64,000 nt of DNA from Enoplolaimus lenunculus (taxonomy: Eukaryota): contig JASANG010003930.1 of assembly GCA_030248215.1 (NCBI GenBank), positions 124,001 through 188,000 of the forward strand, given 5' to 3'. The notes under the pieces are model-generated. The model saw only the letters and a list, made by a program, of their open reading frames with translations, had not been told where the DNA came from and made no database searches. Shown here in pieces: positions 25,375 to 38,940 of the stretch (position 1 is its first letter; every line of letters starts with the position of its first letter). Both the position numbers and the translations under genes were made by a program.

Positions 25375-28300
25375 CTGAAACAGTGTCAAAGAAATACTAC
25401 GGCGATAAACTGAATTACAAAAATGATGGATCAATTAAATTCAACAAACAATAAACAATATTTTAGATACTCGCCGGCGATCTGATGAAGCAATTTTAAC
25501 TTACCGTTGAACCAAACAATTCAAAACCAAGTGAAATTCAACGTTTAATTTTTGCCAGATCATATATAAATTTGGCTAGTGAACCCAAACGACAGAATAC
25601 GCTCCCCTTTGTGCATGCCTGCGGGGTTCCGGTGTTGGGCCCGTAGCCAAGGTGGGGCCAGGAGGTGGGGCTCAGCCCACCCCCACCCCGGAAATCAACG
25701 AAACCCCTTGTATAGCCCTTCTGAAATATTTGTAGCCCCCTAACAAGGTTATTTAGGTATGCATTTTTTTGAAACAATGCATGTCATCAATCAATAAAAC
25801 AAACGCAGCGTTTTAAGCGACTATTAATTTTTGGCGACTGCACTTTTAAACACGTGCATATGTGATATCATAGAGAGAGAGAAAGAGAGTTGTTTTGTAA
25901 AGTAATTTTTTGCAATCATCAGAAGAAAAAAACTGCTATAAACTTCTAAAATCTAAAATATGGGCTTTGCGCGAAAGTGACGCAAATGCAATTTGATTGC
26001 CAGTTTTACAAAAGAGGAATGTCCGGAGTTTGCAGCAAGGTCATGCTTTTTTATAAGTTTGAAGCGAACAGAAACTGACTGGTTAGGTCATACACACACG
26101 CAAGGATTTTAGCGCAAAATGTATAAAGTACAAGTTAAGTATGCCAGCCCCACAGCCAGGATTTATCTAGCGAGGTCATAAAAAATTTTCGTGACATAGA
26201 ATGCTGTCGACGCTGTAGAAAAATTTTTGGACCATGTGAGCGTAGATGTTTGTAGGTGGATCGGACACCGCCTGGGACGTAGTCACAGGAGGCCAGGGGG
26301 ACATCAGCACCCTCTAAAAAATTTCGGCCAAAGATCAAATTTGCTTGTAATTCATCGCAAACCAAAGTATGCCCCTCCTAAAAAATTTTCCAGTCCCCTA
26401 GCAGGGTGCGGCATCCCAGCAAGCACGCAGTTTAATCAAAGCAGCACGAAAGTACATTGAGCGCCCACTAGAATTTTATATGAACAAAATTCAGATGCTG
26501 CTAACATCGGGTAACAAATTCAAACCAGCTACGTCATTCACTATTGAATTATAATTAATCAAGGCTAATAATATCGTTTATCGTTTACTACATAGACGAA
26601 TTAACGCTCATGAAACTTTGAACACAACAGTACTGTAAATTTCAGCCCAGCGAAAGTAGAAACTGCTACAGAGGTGGACAGAGTAATTGTAGAAAGTGGG
26701 CTTTCAAATGAATTGTAACGAAATTTATGCATACGGTTCATATGGTTGAATCAACTGATTGGCGAAGGGCCTAATCATAAACATAGCGGTATAAAGGTAA
26801 TTAAAAATATAGTCTCCAATGACGTATACATGGGAAGAAATGCAATAATATTTCGTGCCGAAATTTCTGGTACAGCAGAAAAAGTGCCTTTCCGGAGGGT
26901 TTAGTAACCTCTAGATCCTAAAGTTTAAAAGAAAATTTCTCGCTCGCTAGCGAAAACATTTACATAAAATTATCATCCCCCGGAATATTATTCAGTCTAT
27001 GGCCTTGACAAGGTCGCGGTCCCAGCATACTGCGCATTGTTAATTCCCACAGGAGCAGGCTCGCAGCCAGACCTCAACGTGCTAAAGTGGGGCTTAAAAA
27101 TATTTAAGAGCGGCGTTCAAGACTTCAAGTATCATGTCTTATTAGTGAAGTTGAAACTTTTCTAGAGACGCCCAAAATTTTGCAATGGGAAACTGAGTGC
27201 ACTCGTGATCACCATATGTCTACGTACTTACACAGGGCAGTGTCTTACCACACTATAAAACATGCAACCAACAGGATCTTCGTCTTCGCCTGATGGGCAA
27301 TCAATACGGCCGTCGCATAATTGCCGGGTTTCTACACAAACCATCAAATAACGGCCGTGCGGTCCTTTCTTTGCACTGGGACACTGTATCCGCTCGACGC
27401 CACCTTGGACCGGACAGTGGGCAGCTAAAAATTAAAAAATTATTCAATATAACATTTCTGCATTTTATCTATATTTGGGGTTATTCTGCTTTCTGCTATA
27501 ATGTACCACATTTCCTTTTTCAATAGTATCTTACCGTCAGTAAATAACACTGCACTATATTGCTCATATCCCGATTTAAACTGCGACTAAAAAGGACTGC
27601 ATTTCGTATATTTTTCATGCGTTAAATCAGTGCTCCGCAATCTTTTTTCGAGTCATACTCAGCACAATTGCCGGAATTGTTTGATGATCAGCGAAGAAAT
27701 AACTTATGCTAATGAATAAAAAATTATGCTTTCGACCCTTTCGAACAGTAATTCACTGTATTCCAAAACAGAAAATATAACCATGGTATCCTAGAAAAAT
27801 ATACGGGCATCATTTGAACCCCTGAAACCTCCAAAAAACGAAAGTTTCTAGTCGGAATTTAAATGTTTAACAAAAACTGCGCTGGTTTTTGTCGAGTAAA
27901 AATTTATTAATTCTTCGTGACGTTTGTTTATTTTGGTTTTGAAACTAAAGTAGGATTTCCAATTGGATTCGGAGGCAGATAAATTATGAGGTTAGCTGCC
28001 GACCTTTTACGTATGAAACCCCTGAACATAACGCTTCGTGTTATGATTTGTTTTCCCGTCATTAATACAAATTCGAATGTTTCGATACAATGTATCTCTA
28101 CTTTCACACAATGGACAACGCAACTGTGCGATATTTTGTTAAAGTTTGAAGCGCTATAAATAGTATAGAACTCTACAAGGCTACAAGAAAATTTTCCGCA
28201 TACTTACTAACAGCCAAACGGTCGTAACTTTGAATTGCAATCAAAATTAGTTTAGAAATTTTCGAAAAATTTACCTTATTTTCACAAGAAACTTGCGTTT

Positions 28301-29572
28301 TCATGTAGCTAGTTTTGTAATTATATGTCGTTAACGATACTGTAACAACAGCAATTTAAATTTACGTGGCTCTATCGTAAGGATAATCGCATCAATTAAA
28401 AACAATATATTTTGAACCATACGTGGCATTCTGTGTATGTTTAACTTTGCAAATTAAATTGAAAAATATCATGAATAAGTGAGGAAAAAATGAAAAACTA
28501 CTACTTTGGAGATTTTAGATATTTACAATATGAGTCGAAGCAAAACGAGTAATATGCAACTCAGATTTCATTCACAAATTCAACGCATAATCTCAACCAA
28601 AACATTGGTTGATATAGTAAAAAATGAATTATATACAAAATTATTTATCAACTGTATTGATTGAAAAGTCTTCCATTGTCCTTTTCTATTTGTCCATTTT
28701 AAAATTGTTTCTTTTCAAGCTAGCATTCAAACCACAGACTCTCGGGTGTGGTGTATTTACAAACGCAACTCAGCTGTAGAAGCGTGACACTCAAGCCATC
28801 GAGAGCTGTCACGCTTCATTTTGATTTTGTGTTAAACACTGCGAACCGCAGTGTGTATTACTTCGTTTTACGGTTTACACTGAAAAATGTTACAATTTAT
28901 AAAATTAGTACCTACCTCCAATTGTCGATCCGCGTCCGTTAGTGCCACTTTTGCCCCAAATATATTCTAAAAGCGAATTTTGGTATCGGTTGCGGTCGTT
29001 GCGTCGCTGTAACATCTGTTGTCGATGTTGCCAGTGTCGCAGTGGACGTTGTCTATTATTGTTGTTGTTGTTGTTGTTGTTGTTACTGTTCGTGTGTCGT
29101 ATTCGGTCTTGGCGTCTATTGTCGTGTTGCATGGAATGTGATTGATTATCATTGTATACTAAATTTTCACGTTGGTTCTTTGTCCCATCGCGATTTGTTT
29201 GTCTCCTGCGAACGGCGTTGTTGTCGCTATCATCGCTGTATTGATTTTCGTCTTGTTCCCGTCGATATGAGAATTCAGTGCGACGCCTTTGCTCTTCAGC
29301 CTTTCGGTTACGGTGTTGGATTTCTCTATTATGTCCTCGGCGTCTTTCGTCATTGCGGTACCTGGAGTCTTTTGAATAGCTTTCAGCATTTGCCGATTGT
29401 AGCTGAGTTTCGTGTATGTTTGGTATATTTCTCTGCATTCCGTTTGCGCTAGAAGAGTGAGAATTTTGGTGACCAGCTCTTGCCAAGCGACCCTGGTTAG
29501 CATTTTCTAAAGCGTATTGATACGCTGATCGTTGTTCTGGTTGCCTGCGGCTCCTTTCGGCGTCATTGGACA

Positions 29573-29628
<56 letters not shown>

Positions 29629-30806
29629 GGGTTATAATTATTGTTGTTATTGCTGTTGTAATAACTATCAGTATTCGTCGAGTCAATTTTAGCTCTGACT
29701 TGAAAATTTTGGTCGGAACCTGCGTTTACTGGATTTCTATTTGTTCCAGCGTTCATTGATTGAACACTGTCGTCGTCATGTTCGGCGTTATTGCTTTTGC
29801 CATAGTTGATAGCCGCATTATAATTTGCATTATTATAATTATCAGTATGGCTGTTACTTGATGCGTAGCTTCTTACTGCTGCTGCTGCTGCATTATCGAT
29901 ATCGTGTCGCGCGACATTTTTCCTATTAATTACATTGTTTTCAACACTATTAATGTTTCTTTGTGCTGCAGTTTGACGTTTTTGCAATCGTAGTACAATT
30001 GTGTCTTGGTCAATATAGGTAGTACCCGTATTTGCATCAAACGATGGGTTTAACTCTGGACGAGTTGAAACTCGATTTTCAGCTAACGCTTGCCTAACCG
30101 CGTTGGAATTTATATTATCGATCAACGGAGCTTCAATTACAGCGGTCAGTGCTACTGGAGGAGACGAAGTAACACCACGCGAAGATAGTAACAACATCTG
30201 CTCAACGTTTCGTGCTTCCAGACCACCTAACTGAGCACGTACCCTGGTAAGAAGTTCAGGAGTGTTCTCAGAAAATGTTTCACCGTTGGAAATATCGTCG
30301 CTTTGAAGGACGCGTGGCTCCAGTTCAATGTCAAATCGTGACGGTTCGTTAAACTCGACTTTAACGCGTTCATCGTTCAATAACTCATCAGATTGATCCC
30401 AAACAGATCGACAATAACAACTATACGGCACCATAACGAGTAACAAAATAATCATGAGAAGCGCTGTTGAGCACGTTGTATAATATAATCGGAGGCCTTT
30501 GCTCGCTGCTCTGCCTGCCCGTTTAGACTGTATCCTGTGGATCTCAACGCTATCCCACGTGAAGGGCTCCAGTATATTTAGTTCAACCAACCGTTGAACT
30601 TGGTTCGGATTGAGTTTTGCTTCAGTTGGTAGGATTGTTTTGACTGGAAACCGTGAATGAAGTATGGCAATACTTGCGGGTAAGCTAAATTTGTGTCCTG
30701 GCCGAGACTCAAACTGTGGTGTCAGTGAAGGTTTACGGTACTGGTATGCAGGGTGAAATTTGGTGTTTAGCTGGGAACATTTTGTGTTACACGTTCGCTG
30801 AGACAT
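25207..30806 (-). CDS. jeb: Jelly belly/HEN-1-like secreted LDLa-domain protein (putative ALK/SCD-2 ligand). Coding exons 30806-28916, 27424-27249, 25374-25207; up to ~744 aa
   Basis: Phases 1 and 0 join into a 2235-nt frame. Hydrophobic signal (ALLMIILLLVMVPYSCYC), long Asn/Arg/Gln-rich region, then CP...CPSAKKGPHGRYLMVCVETRQLCDGRIDCPSGEDEDPVGCMFYSV-TNSYLKKTMDILTD. This matches my recollection of the Jeb C-terminus (CP...GR...C....LCDG..DCP.GEDED...CMFY followed by an amphipathic helix). Orthology not verified by search. Confidence 0.8.
27249..27424 (-). CDS. jeb: Jeb-like exon 2: LDL-receptor class A domain
   Basis: TTTTAG acceptor, GTAAGA donor; contains LCDGRIDCPSGEDE (LDLa acidic Ca-binding motif). 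Missed by the ORF track. Confidence 0.92.
28916..30806 (-). CDS. jeb: Jeb-like exon 1 (1891 nt): N-terminal extension, signal sequence and low-complexity region with poly-Asn
   Basis: 633-aa ORF in the track. Donor GAG|GTAGGT at 28916/28915, phase 1. The start could be the downstream Met at 30455. Confidence 0.85.
29573..29628 (-). repeat. (AAT)n coding microsatellite giving poly-Asn; a second (AAC)n tract lies at ~29055-29086
   Basis: Uninterrupted att/tta run on the + strand inside exon 1 of the Jeb-like gene. Confidence 0.95.
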
Positions 30807-30914
30807 AGCGACCAGATTTTAATTGAAAAATGACTACTGAATACTACGCTCCGATAGTATTTATCAGTACAATGTGTAGCCATTTGCGGACAGCAGCGCA
30901 TTCAGTGATTGTAA

Positions 30915-30922
30915 CTGAAAGT
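30915..30922 (-). promoter_or_regulatory. TTTCAG acceptor ~110 nt upstream of the Jeb-like ATG (cis 5'UTR intron or trans-splice site)
   Basis: + strand ctgaaagt reads ACTTTCAG on the minus strand. Confidence 0.35.
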
Positions 30923-32117
30923 AGTGTTCAACTTAATCATTCGACTGATATTGTAAATTTAACTCAAATATAGATTTTGAAGAAATTAAGCAAACTTATC
31001 AACTCGAGCGTGAGTTGACGTCGGTGTACGGTTAAAATTAACATAAAATTATTTAACAATAATGTTTTCTAAAAATATTTTAAATCAAAGATTGTAAAAC
31101 ATGTATGAATCACTCTGAACTGTGGTATGATGAGCTTGACTTTGATCATGGGGTGAAGCTTAACGTGATCTAACCATATGATTGATGCATGCTCTTCCCG
31201 TCACAAAATCTACGATCTCTTAGATAACCGAACCGCAAGCATACGATACTTAATACTTTTAGACTTAGATTTATTCTTTCGTTTAGCATTACGCTTTAAT
31301 AGGCAAGCCCGTATAATTAACATAGGCGAAAATATTTATCATATTGGTTTAACTCACATTTCGCGGCGAGTTTGGTGGAAATGTTTTTGCTAGGATGCAA
31401 CCTAGCAAAACAGTCGTTCCAGTAACAAGTTTAAATATTTTTTAAAGACGTCGCCACGGGGGGCATTGGGGGGCCTTCCCACCCCCTCAAATTGCTCTGA
31501 TGCCCTAAAAATAGGCTCGGTCTCAGAGTAAACAATCATGAAATTCAACTGTAGGAGCCCACCAAAATTATCTGGTGCCCCCCAAATATATTTTCCACGG
31601 ACGCCAGTGAATATTTCACCTAAAATTCGTCAAATCTACGATGTAGAAACACCCTTTCCATTGTAAGTGTAACCCAATTATTTCTATAGCTGCTTACATA
31701 ATATGGACGCGCAATTTATCTTGGACCTGAGAGCAAACAGTCTGAAACGGTCAGTTAAGCAGTGTTTATTGTAAACATCGAAAAATTTGTTTATCAAATT
31801 AGTTGGTTACGCAGTAGCTTAAAACTATGCAATAAACGCCAATCTGTGAAATGATTACAATTTCGACGAGCTTAAAATATATCAAAGACCTTGCGGTTAG
31901 CTTAACCATATCCACACGCGGTAAATTTCAGCATCTACTTTGCTACAATAATACGTGCTTTGGGTGTTTCCATATCGCGACCATCTAAATGTTCTTATTT
32001 CGCTTAGTGTCCGTTATTTATACAGTTTATGAAAGACATAGCTAATTTCAAATGGTCATCTTTTATAAAGACACTGCTAATATATTAATGTTTTCAAAGA
32101 ATTATTGTTTATGTCTT

Positions 32118-32409
32118 GTCGTAGGCCAATCTGCTTTTCAGGCAATTACTAATTGGCCTAGGCCAATCAGTTATTTCACGTTATAGCAATTTGTCCTGGG
32201 CTGAACTGCAATCGCACTTATAGACCAATCAGATTTGATTATTTGGACAAACACAATACCGGTAACCAATCAGCTTTGGTCTTACATCACTGTTGTTTTG
32301 CGAAATCTCACAATCGGCATTTCGCCTAGGCCAGACTGCTATTTGCTTCGAATAGCAGATTGACCTAGGCCAATTGGTAATTGACCTGAATTGCAGATTG
32401 GCCTACGAC
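32118..32409. mobile_element. ~290-bp palindromic MITE rich in GGCCAAT motifs
   Basis: gtcgtaggccaatctgc... / ...gcagattggcctacgac, with internal self-complementary repeats. Confidence 0.85.
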
Positions 32410-35176
32410 CTTTATACGATCACAAATATCCAACCTGAATTCTAGAGTCATGGCATACAACGTGTATTTATAATAGTTATTGCAATTTTTCTGTTTAAAA
32501 ATTTTGGGTATAGGAAAAAGCACTCTTTAACTTGATGGCTGTTTTCAACTTGAAAATAAAAATTGCTGACCAGATGCTAAAATTGTTTCGTTATAAAGAA
32601 TATATTAATATTCGGAAACAACTTCGTTCATATTTAGATTATATAAACTTACGTATTCTTAGCTGTATTGTTAAAACTTCTCGATCAGTTTAGTTTGTCG
32701 TTTAAAATGAGGTGTGAATTGGTGATTCGATCTTAACACCAACGCGTAGCAAGCTCAACTTGCTGGGGGAGCGAAAAATTTCTTGGAGTATGCAGAGATA
32801 TCAGATGGCTTGAAAACGGATCTGAAACTTTCCCGCCTGGCGAAATCTTTTCCGTGGCGGGTTGAGTCAAGCCCGCTTGACAACCTTTATCTAACTAGTG
32901 TGTTCAGATAATAAATCAAGTTTTATATAAACGTAAACTATCAATTGCCTTACATTGAATATACAGAAACAATTTGAATTATTTCAAAACTTTAAGACAA
33001 CTCGAATGTGGATATCACTGTTGTTTATCAAACTTTTTAAACGGCTGACGTCAGTGTCCTATAAAGCAGGAAAGCTCGTGGGAATAATTGTAAGGACAGC
33101 TAAATTTGGTCAATCTTAAAACCCAAATACATGCCGATAAACATCTCTATTTGTTGACGACAATGTTTATACATCATCAATTTTGTGTGTGACAAACACA
33201 CCTGCCAAATTGTCCAAAATATGTCAGAGATAAATGGCTATAGCTGAGATTTCCTAGATACCACATTATGACATTGCAATATTCAAGACTTTAAAAAAAT
33301 GAATGTTACCAGTAGTAAACGAATCTACGACAATTCATCGACCGACGACTTGCCGTGTAACACTGCTTAAATCCAGTTAATAAATCTATGCATAATCCTA
33401 AGCGTAATCCTAAGCCTGCGTGTACCGCTAAGCGTGGACCCGTAGCTAGACGGGAGCCAGTGGTGCTCAGCCCCTTAGAAGAATTTTGACGTCCTTGAAA
33501 TATTTCGAACCTTCTTTGTAATAGTGATCGACAACCCTTGTATGCCCTTTCTGAAAAATATTTAGCACCCGTATAAAGGCAAGCTGGCTACGGGCCTGAA
33601 TTCAAGTTAAGCATGGCGTTATTTACGCTTACTCTGCCTCTCTCACTCGAGAGTTTCCTTCTGCCATATTATCTGCGCCCGTTATAGTTTCATAACGGGA
33701 CACAACCTGAGAGTTGTTGTATTTATATACAAGAGCGGCGAAGGTTGAACGCTTGCACTTAAAAATCTCATAAATTTACACTGGTGATTCTATGGTCATA
33801 GATCAATAGCGTCACTATGCAAGCAAAGTATGCTGAGAAAATACTATCATTTCGTATGCACGATCATGTGTAATTCATTCAGAAATATTTCGTTAATCCG
33901 GAATTGCAGAGCGTCTTCACACAGTCCCGTAGCCAGCTCACCTTGCTAAGAAGGATTAACAAATTTTCAGGAAGGGCCTACAAGGGTTTTTAATAAGTAA
34001 CAAGTAAGGCTGAAAATTTTATAGTGGGGGCAAAAAATTTCGCAGGAGGGCTGTGCCTCCTTTGGTCTCCCTTGGCTTCGGCCCATCCTCACATCGGCTT
34101 TGCGAGTCCCTCGCACACTTACCACGCTATAGCTGCAAAATGCAACGTTGCACACATGTTGTTTCACTGCTGACGTCAACGAAGCTTTAACCTGAATGTA
34201 GTTCCCATCATTGTTAGGAAAGCGTATCCAGTGACGCAGAAAAGTTTGACATGCGAAACATTTTGTTTTTAAATCGAAAACGTTCCAAAAAAATTAAACC
34301 ACAAATAAAAATGAATCATGACGTTGATAAACGCATTTCTATTACAAATGCTTAGTTTCTCGCTAACAAACTGAAACAAACATCATTTTGATGTCAAAAA
34401 CAACAATTTCAGGATCAATTCAAATCCCTAAATACATCAATTAAAGTTACCCCCAGCAATGTGAGCTAGTTAAACGGGTTATATCTGGACCTGAGTGAAA
34501 TTATAAAAGTATAGTATATGCATCAAACAAATTCTTTCTCCAATATAAAGCATCTTTCTAATGATTGTCCCGTGCTCAAAACGCTATCAGTGTAATCTTA
34601 CGGCAATTGAAAATTAATTTAAAACATTCCACAGTCGTATCAACATTTCATCACCCCCGCTTTATTAACGGCGTGCAGTTTTCAACCGACCACCGGAATG
34701 TGGTGCGTTTACACACTAAACACAGACTAATGTTTGAAGAAACAATTTCGACTTTAAATTTTATTTACAAATACTTAAAATCGTTGAAAATTTTTGTGGA
34801 ATTACAATAATGTTTAATGTTATTAATATCGCCTGCGTAGTAGCAATGAGCGTATCGTCAATTGCTGATCCACAAATTTTTTGACCAGGAGGTACGTTGT
34901 ATGTAATCATGAAAAAAATACTCGCAAACTAGAAGCTAAACACAATTTTAATACGAAGACTTTATTGCAAATTTTTGGTTCTGATCCTTGTTGAGGGTCA
35001 TGGCCTGGATTGCTCCTCTTTAGATGCACCAGTTGTTAGCATCGTCCGTACGTGCTAGACAGTGTGTACACACTTAAATTTCGTCTTAAATGTTTGTCGT
35101 TTTTCAAAAGTATAAGTGCTGCCCTGTGTATGCAATAATAACCACAATTACTGACAAATAATACAGATTAAACTGA

Positions 35177-35805
35177 ACAATGTTCGGATCTTTTTGGTTA
35201 TCCATGCAGCCGGTGTTTATCCAAAACGGTAAGGTTTTGAAAATTTTTGCATATCTATGCTCACAACATTCCCTGATTATGCCACGCCTAAATTTAAATT
35301 TTTGATATATTCGGTTTTTTAAGTTCCTACGGTCCCCTTGTGACCCAAAAATTTTTTGCCAAAAAGTTACATGAATTGTATATCATTCGACGCAGGACGC
35401 GAAGTTGAGTTTAAATGGTGTTAAATTTTCTACAATCAGACGTCTGGCTAACGAGTTATGGTCAAATAAGAGATTTGGCGCGCTGCCAACGACTTGAGAC
35501 GGCGCCAAATCAGTTATTTCACTATAACTCGTTAGTGTTACGTCTAACTGCGGAAAATTTAACACCATTCAACTCTGCTCGGCAAGTTGCGTATAATGGT
35601 GTATAAATTTGTTTTCGTTTTTGCTAAAAAATTTTTTACCTCGGGACCTTAGAAATTGAATTTTTCAAAAATTCAAATTTGCGAGTGGAATGATCAGGGT
35701 AGGTCATGAGAAGTTCAAATATGCAACAAATCTTCCAAATCCAATCGTTTTTAGGCAAGTTTCAGCTAGGTGGGGGGAGGGGTAACCGAAAAGACCCCAA
35801 TGTTT
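35177..35805. mobile_element. ~630-bp imperfect palindrome (foldback element)
   Basis: Arms pair around ~35490: aatggtgttaaattttc/gaaaatttaacaccatt, ctaacgagttat/ataactcgttag, gatttggcgc/gcgccaaatc. The two opposite-strand ORFs in the track (MVLNF...) mirror each other. Confidence 0.85.
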
Positions 35806-38800
35806 GACCACGTATCTTTGATCTGTATTTACAAAAACTCTAAACTTAAATGCTTCAAACAAAAAATTAACTTCCCGTAAGCCAATCTTGAGTCTACTGA
35901 TAACTTAACAGTGGTACCAGGACAAACAGTTGTTATACTTGTCTTACAGTTTTGAATTATGCTGCTTTAATTCGAAATACTCGCATTTTAATGAGGTATG
36001 GTGTTCGAAATACCTGATTTTACGAAGCATAACACTAAATTGCATTTATTTATTAAGAATTTTGAACATTGCAAAATCTAACTCCAAAATAGAAATGTAT
36101 AGACGCATCAAAAAAACTTGCCTCGTAATTTGTTTTAATTTTATTGCTAAATTTGTTGCTTAGAAGCCAGACGACTATTAAGAGTTTTAAATATTGCGCT
36201 TATTTTAAGAATAACGCAGGATTTTGGTCGTAATGTGTCGCGAAATTTCAGAAATTATGTAAATATAGCAGCATTACAACGTGTTGCTTCAGTGAAGATA
36301 GTTAGTGCGCACTGAGTAAAAAAAAATGCAGAAAATATTTTCACAACATCAACACGATACATTGGTATATACGTAGTTTTTTTTGCAACAAACTGCGCAG
36401 TGCTACGTGGTTGAACGCGTTGCAATTAATTGGCGATGACATCTGCCGCTGGCGGATTCAAGGAGGGAACGCCGAGGCCTAAGACCCCAGCACAAATTAG
36501 AATCAAATGTTTCTATTGCAATTTGTAGTAAAATTGCGTTTGGTTTGTCGTTCGGTATGCGCACGAGTTTTTCACTTCTATATTTCGCACGGCCTCACTC
36601 ACCCGTTATAAATTTCTGGATTCGCCATGGACAACTGCACCTTAGCACTCATTCTAACGAATTTTTGCCAATATGTAATCATTTTCCTGCTTAAACTATT
36701 CTGTACATATGTGTTTCTGTTTAAGTGTAACGGAGTTTGGTAAATAAATCTATAAACCGCTCTCTGCTTAATTAAACAGGTAAACAAAATTACCTATATT
36801 CGTTCCCATACCGCAATACGAAAAAGAAAGTTTTCTTGTCATTTTGCACAAATTGCTGTTTCTTGTGATTTTCATAATTTTGAAACGACAACCACTTAAT
36901 GCCGATGAACCGATACAATTGTGGCTGAAATAGTTTTGGAAAGAAAAACAATTCGAAAATCAATTGGCTTTTCGAACGCTTGCGAGCCCCAAACAAAATT
37001 TCTGGTCACGCTTTCTCACGTGAATATATATTTTCAATTTCAACTGAAGTTTAATTTTAAGCTAAAATTGAAATTTCAGCGTCTCGGTAGAAAGCGGATA
37101 CAAGTTTTTCAAAACCAACATTTTATGCTATGATCTTATATACAAAATCGCAAACGTTTTGCGCTTTTGATTTATAATTATTATTTATTACTATTATTAT
37201 TCTTATTGCTATTGCTGGAACGCGATTGTTTTGTGGAAAGAAATTTGCATGCAGATTGTTGTACATTCATTGAACTGACTAGTAATAATCGTTACAAAAG
37301 TGTCTCAGTTTAGTTAGTAATTATCTATAAAACTTTTGCTAAACCGTACAGTAAACTTATTCAGAAAGACAAGTGTTTTGCCCAAAATATTGGTAAAAAA
37401 ATTCTGTCACACATAATACGTCATCGAAATTTACTTGTAACGATCTTGCCTTGTTTTGGATAACAAAGGTAACAAACGGCGCAAGGAAAAGTAACAATAA
37501 ACAAATATTACAAAATAAATACAACTATCAAAATATATAACAACCAATATATTTTTTATACTCCAGGTAGGTACTACGTGACGAAGGTGAAAATCGACAC
37601 GTTTTGTTCGTTTTTAACCTGATTGGTGAAGAAATTGGCCGAGAGATTTTTAACAAGTTCTAATTCAAAGGCCTGCCGTTTGAAGTATTGTAATTTGACC
37701 AATCAAAATACTTAGAAAAGATAAAGTTTCATTCAATGTATTCCTGATATACAGGCGCGCCCCGGTAGCTTTGAAATCAGAAGTTATCTCAGTAGGGGTG
37801 CGCGAAAATTCACAATGGGCAGGAAACTTTTTTTGCGATGAATTAAAGCTTTTTCCAAGTGGTATCAAAGCTTTTCGCTTTTGGTAGCTTGAAACAAAGA
37901 TGGATCCGATTTTCGTCACTTTGAACTCATTTACACGCAGAACACCACGGTTATCCAGCTATTAAATTACGCTTTCGAGTAAACGTCAAGCTTATATTTT
38001 TCATTGGGCCGCTTCAGTTTGGCAATTGCTTGAATTAGTATCAAACTTTCCGATCGCTTTGCTAGCGTATTCTTCAAGAACTCAACCGTTGCTAGCCTGG
38101 GTTCGTCCCGAGTGAAAATCCTAGCTAAATGTCCTTATACGAGGAAATCATTGAATCGCATTTAATAAGTAACCCTTTTTCTTGAACGTGCCGGCTAAAC
38201 GACCCCTGTGCCAGGGCACAGTTTAGAAGAGTATAAAATTTAAATAATTTGTTTCTAAACTGCCTCATATCGCGATAACGTTAACATTTTTTGACAATGT
38301 ACCTCGCATGTTCAAGCGTTATAAACGTGTAATGTGTTAATTTTGCCTTGAGGACAACCGGATACACAAGAAATGATATTTAAGATAAGTACAAAAATAG
38401 TTTCAGTCTTGATTTTTGTCGCACATGGCCACTTATGGAACGAAATATGTCTTAGTATAATTGGCAGTTAATCGAATTTGTGACTAGTGAAAAGTGTTTG
38501 TTTTTAAAGTATAAAAACTATATTGAAAAAGTTAAAATTTATATAAAAGATGATGGTTGATTTTTTATACATTTTCCTTTGTATTAATAATAGAGACACG
38601 GTCAATTGTCAAACAAAGGTCACCAACGCTCATTGATTTTTTTGTTACTTGTGACAAAATGGTGTAACCGAATATCCGTTTCCGTTAAAAATCGATGTCC
38701 GTTTCCGTTATCGTAATACGAGAAACTTCGTTATTTTTATACCGTAGTAAGTTGTAAATCATTTGCATTTGAGTAGTAATCGTTCAGTTTTTCTACGTAA

Positions 38801-38940
38801 ATTTGCTCGCTTGATTTGAAACAAAATCAGCAAAACTTAGCAAAACTCAAAATTATTTAGAACATTCATTATACACTTTATCTATAAAATTGTAAATAAC
38901 CTGGCGACAAGCGACAAGGTCGGATCTCGGCGGCAAAACT

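Noticed and set aside
28942..29759. Poly-Leu, poly-Cys, poly-Ile and poly-Thr ORFs
   Set aside because: They are alternative or antisense frames of the Jeb-like exon 1 triplet repeats.
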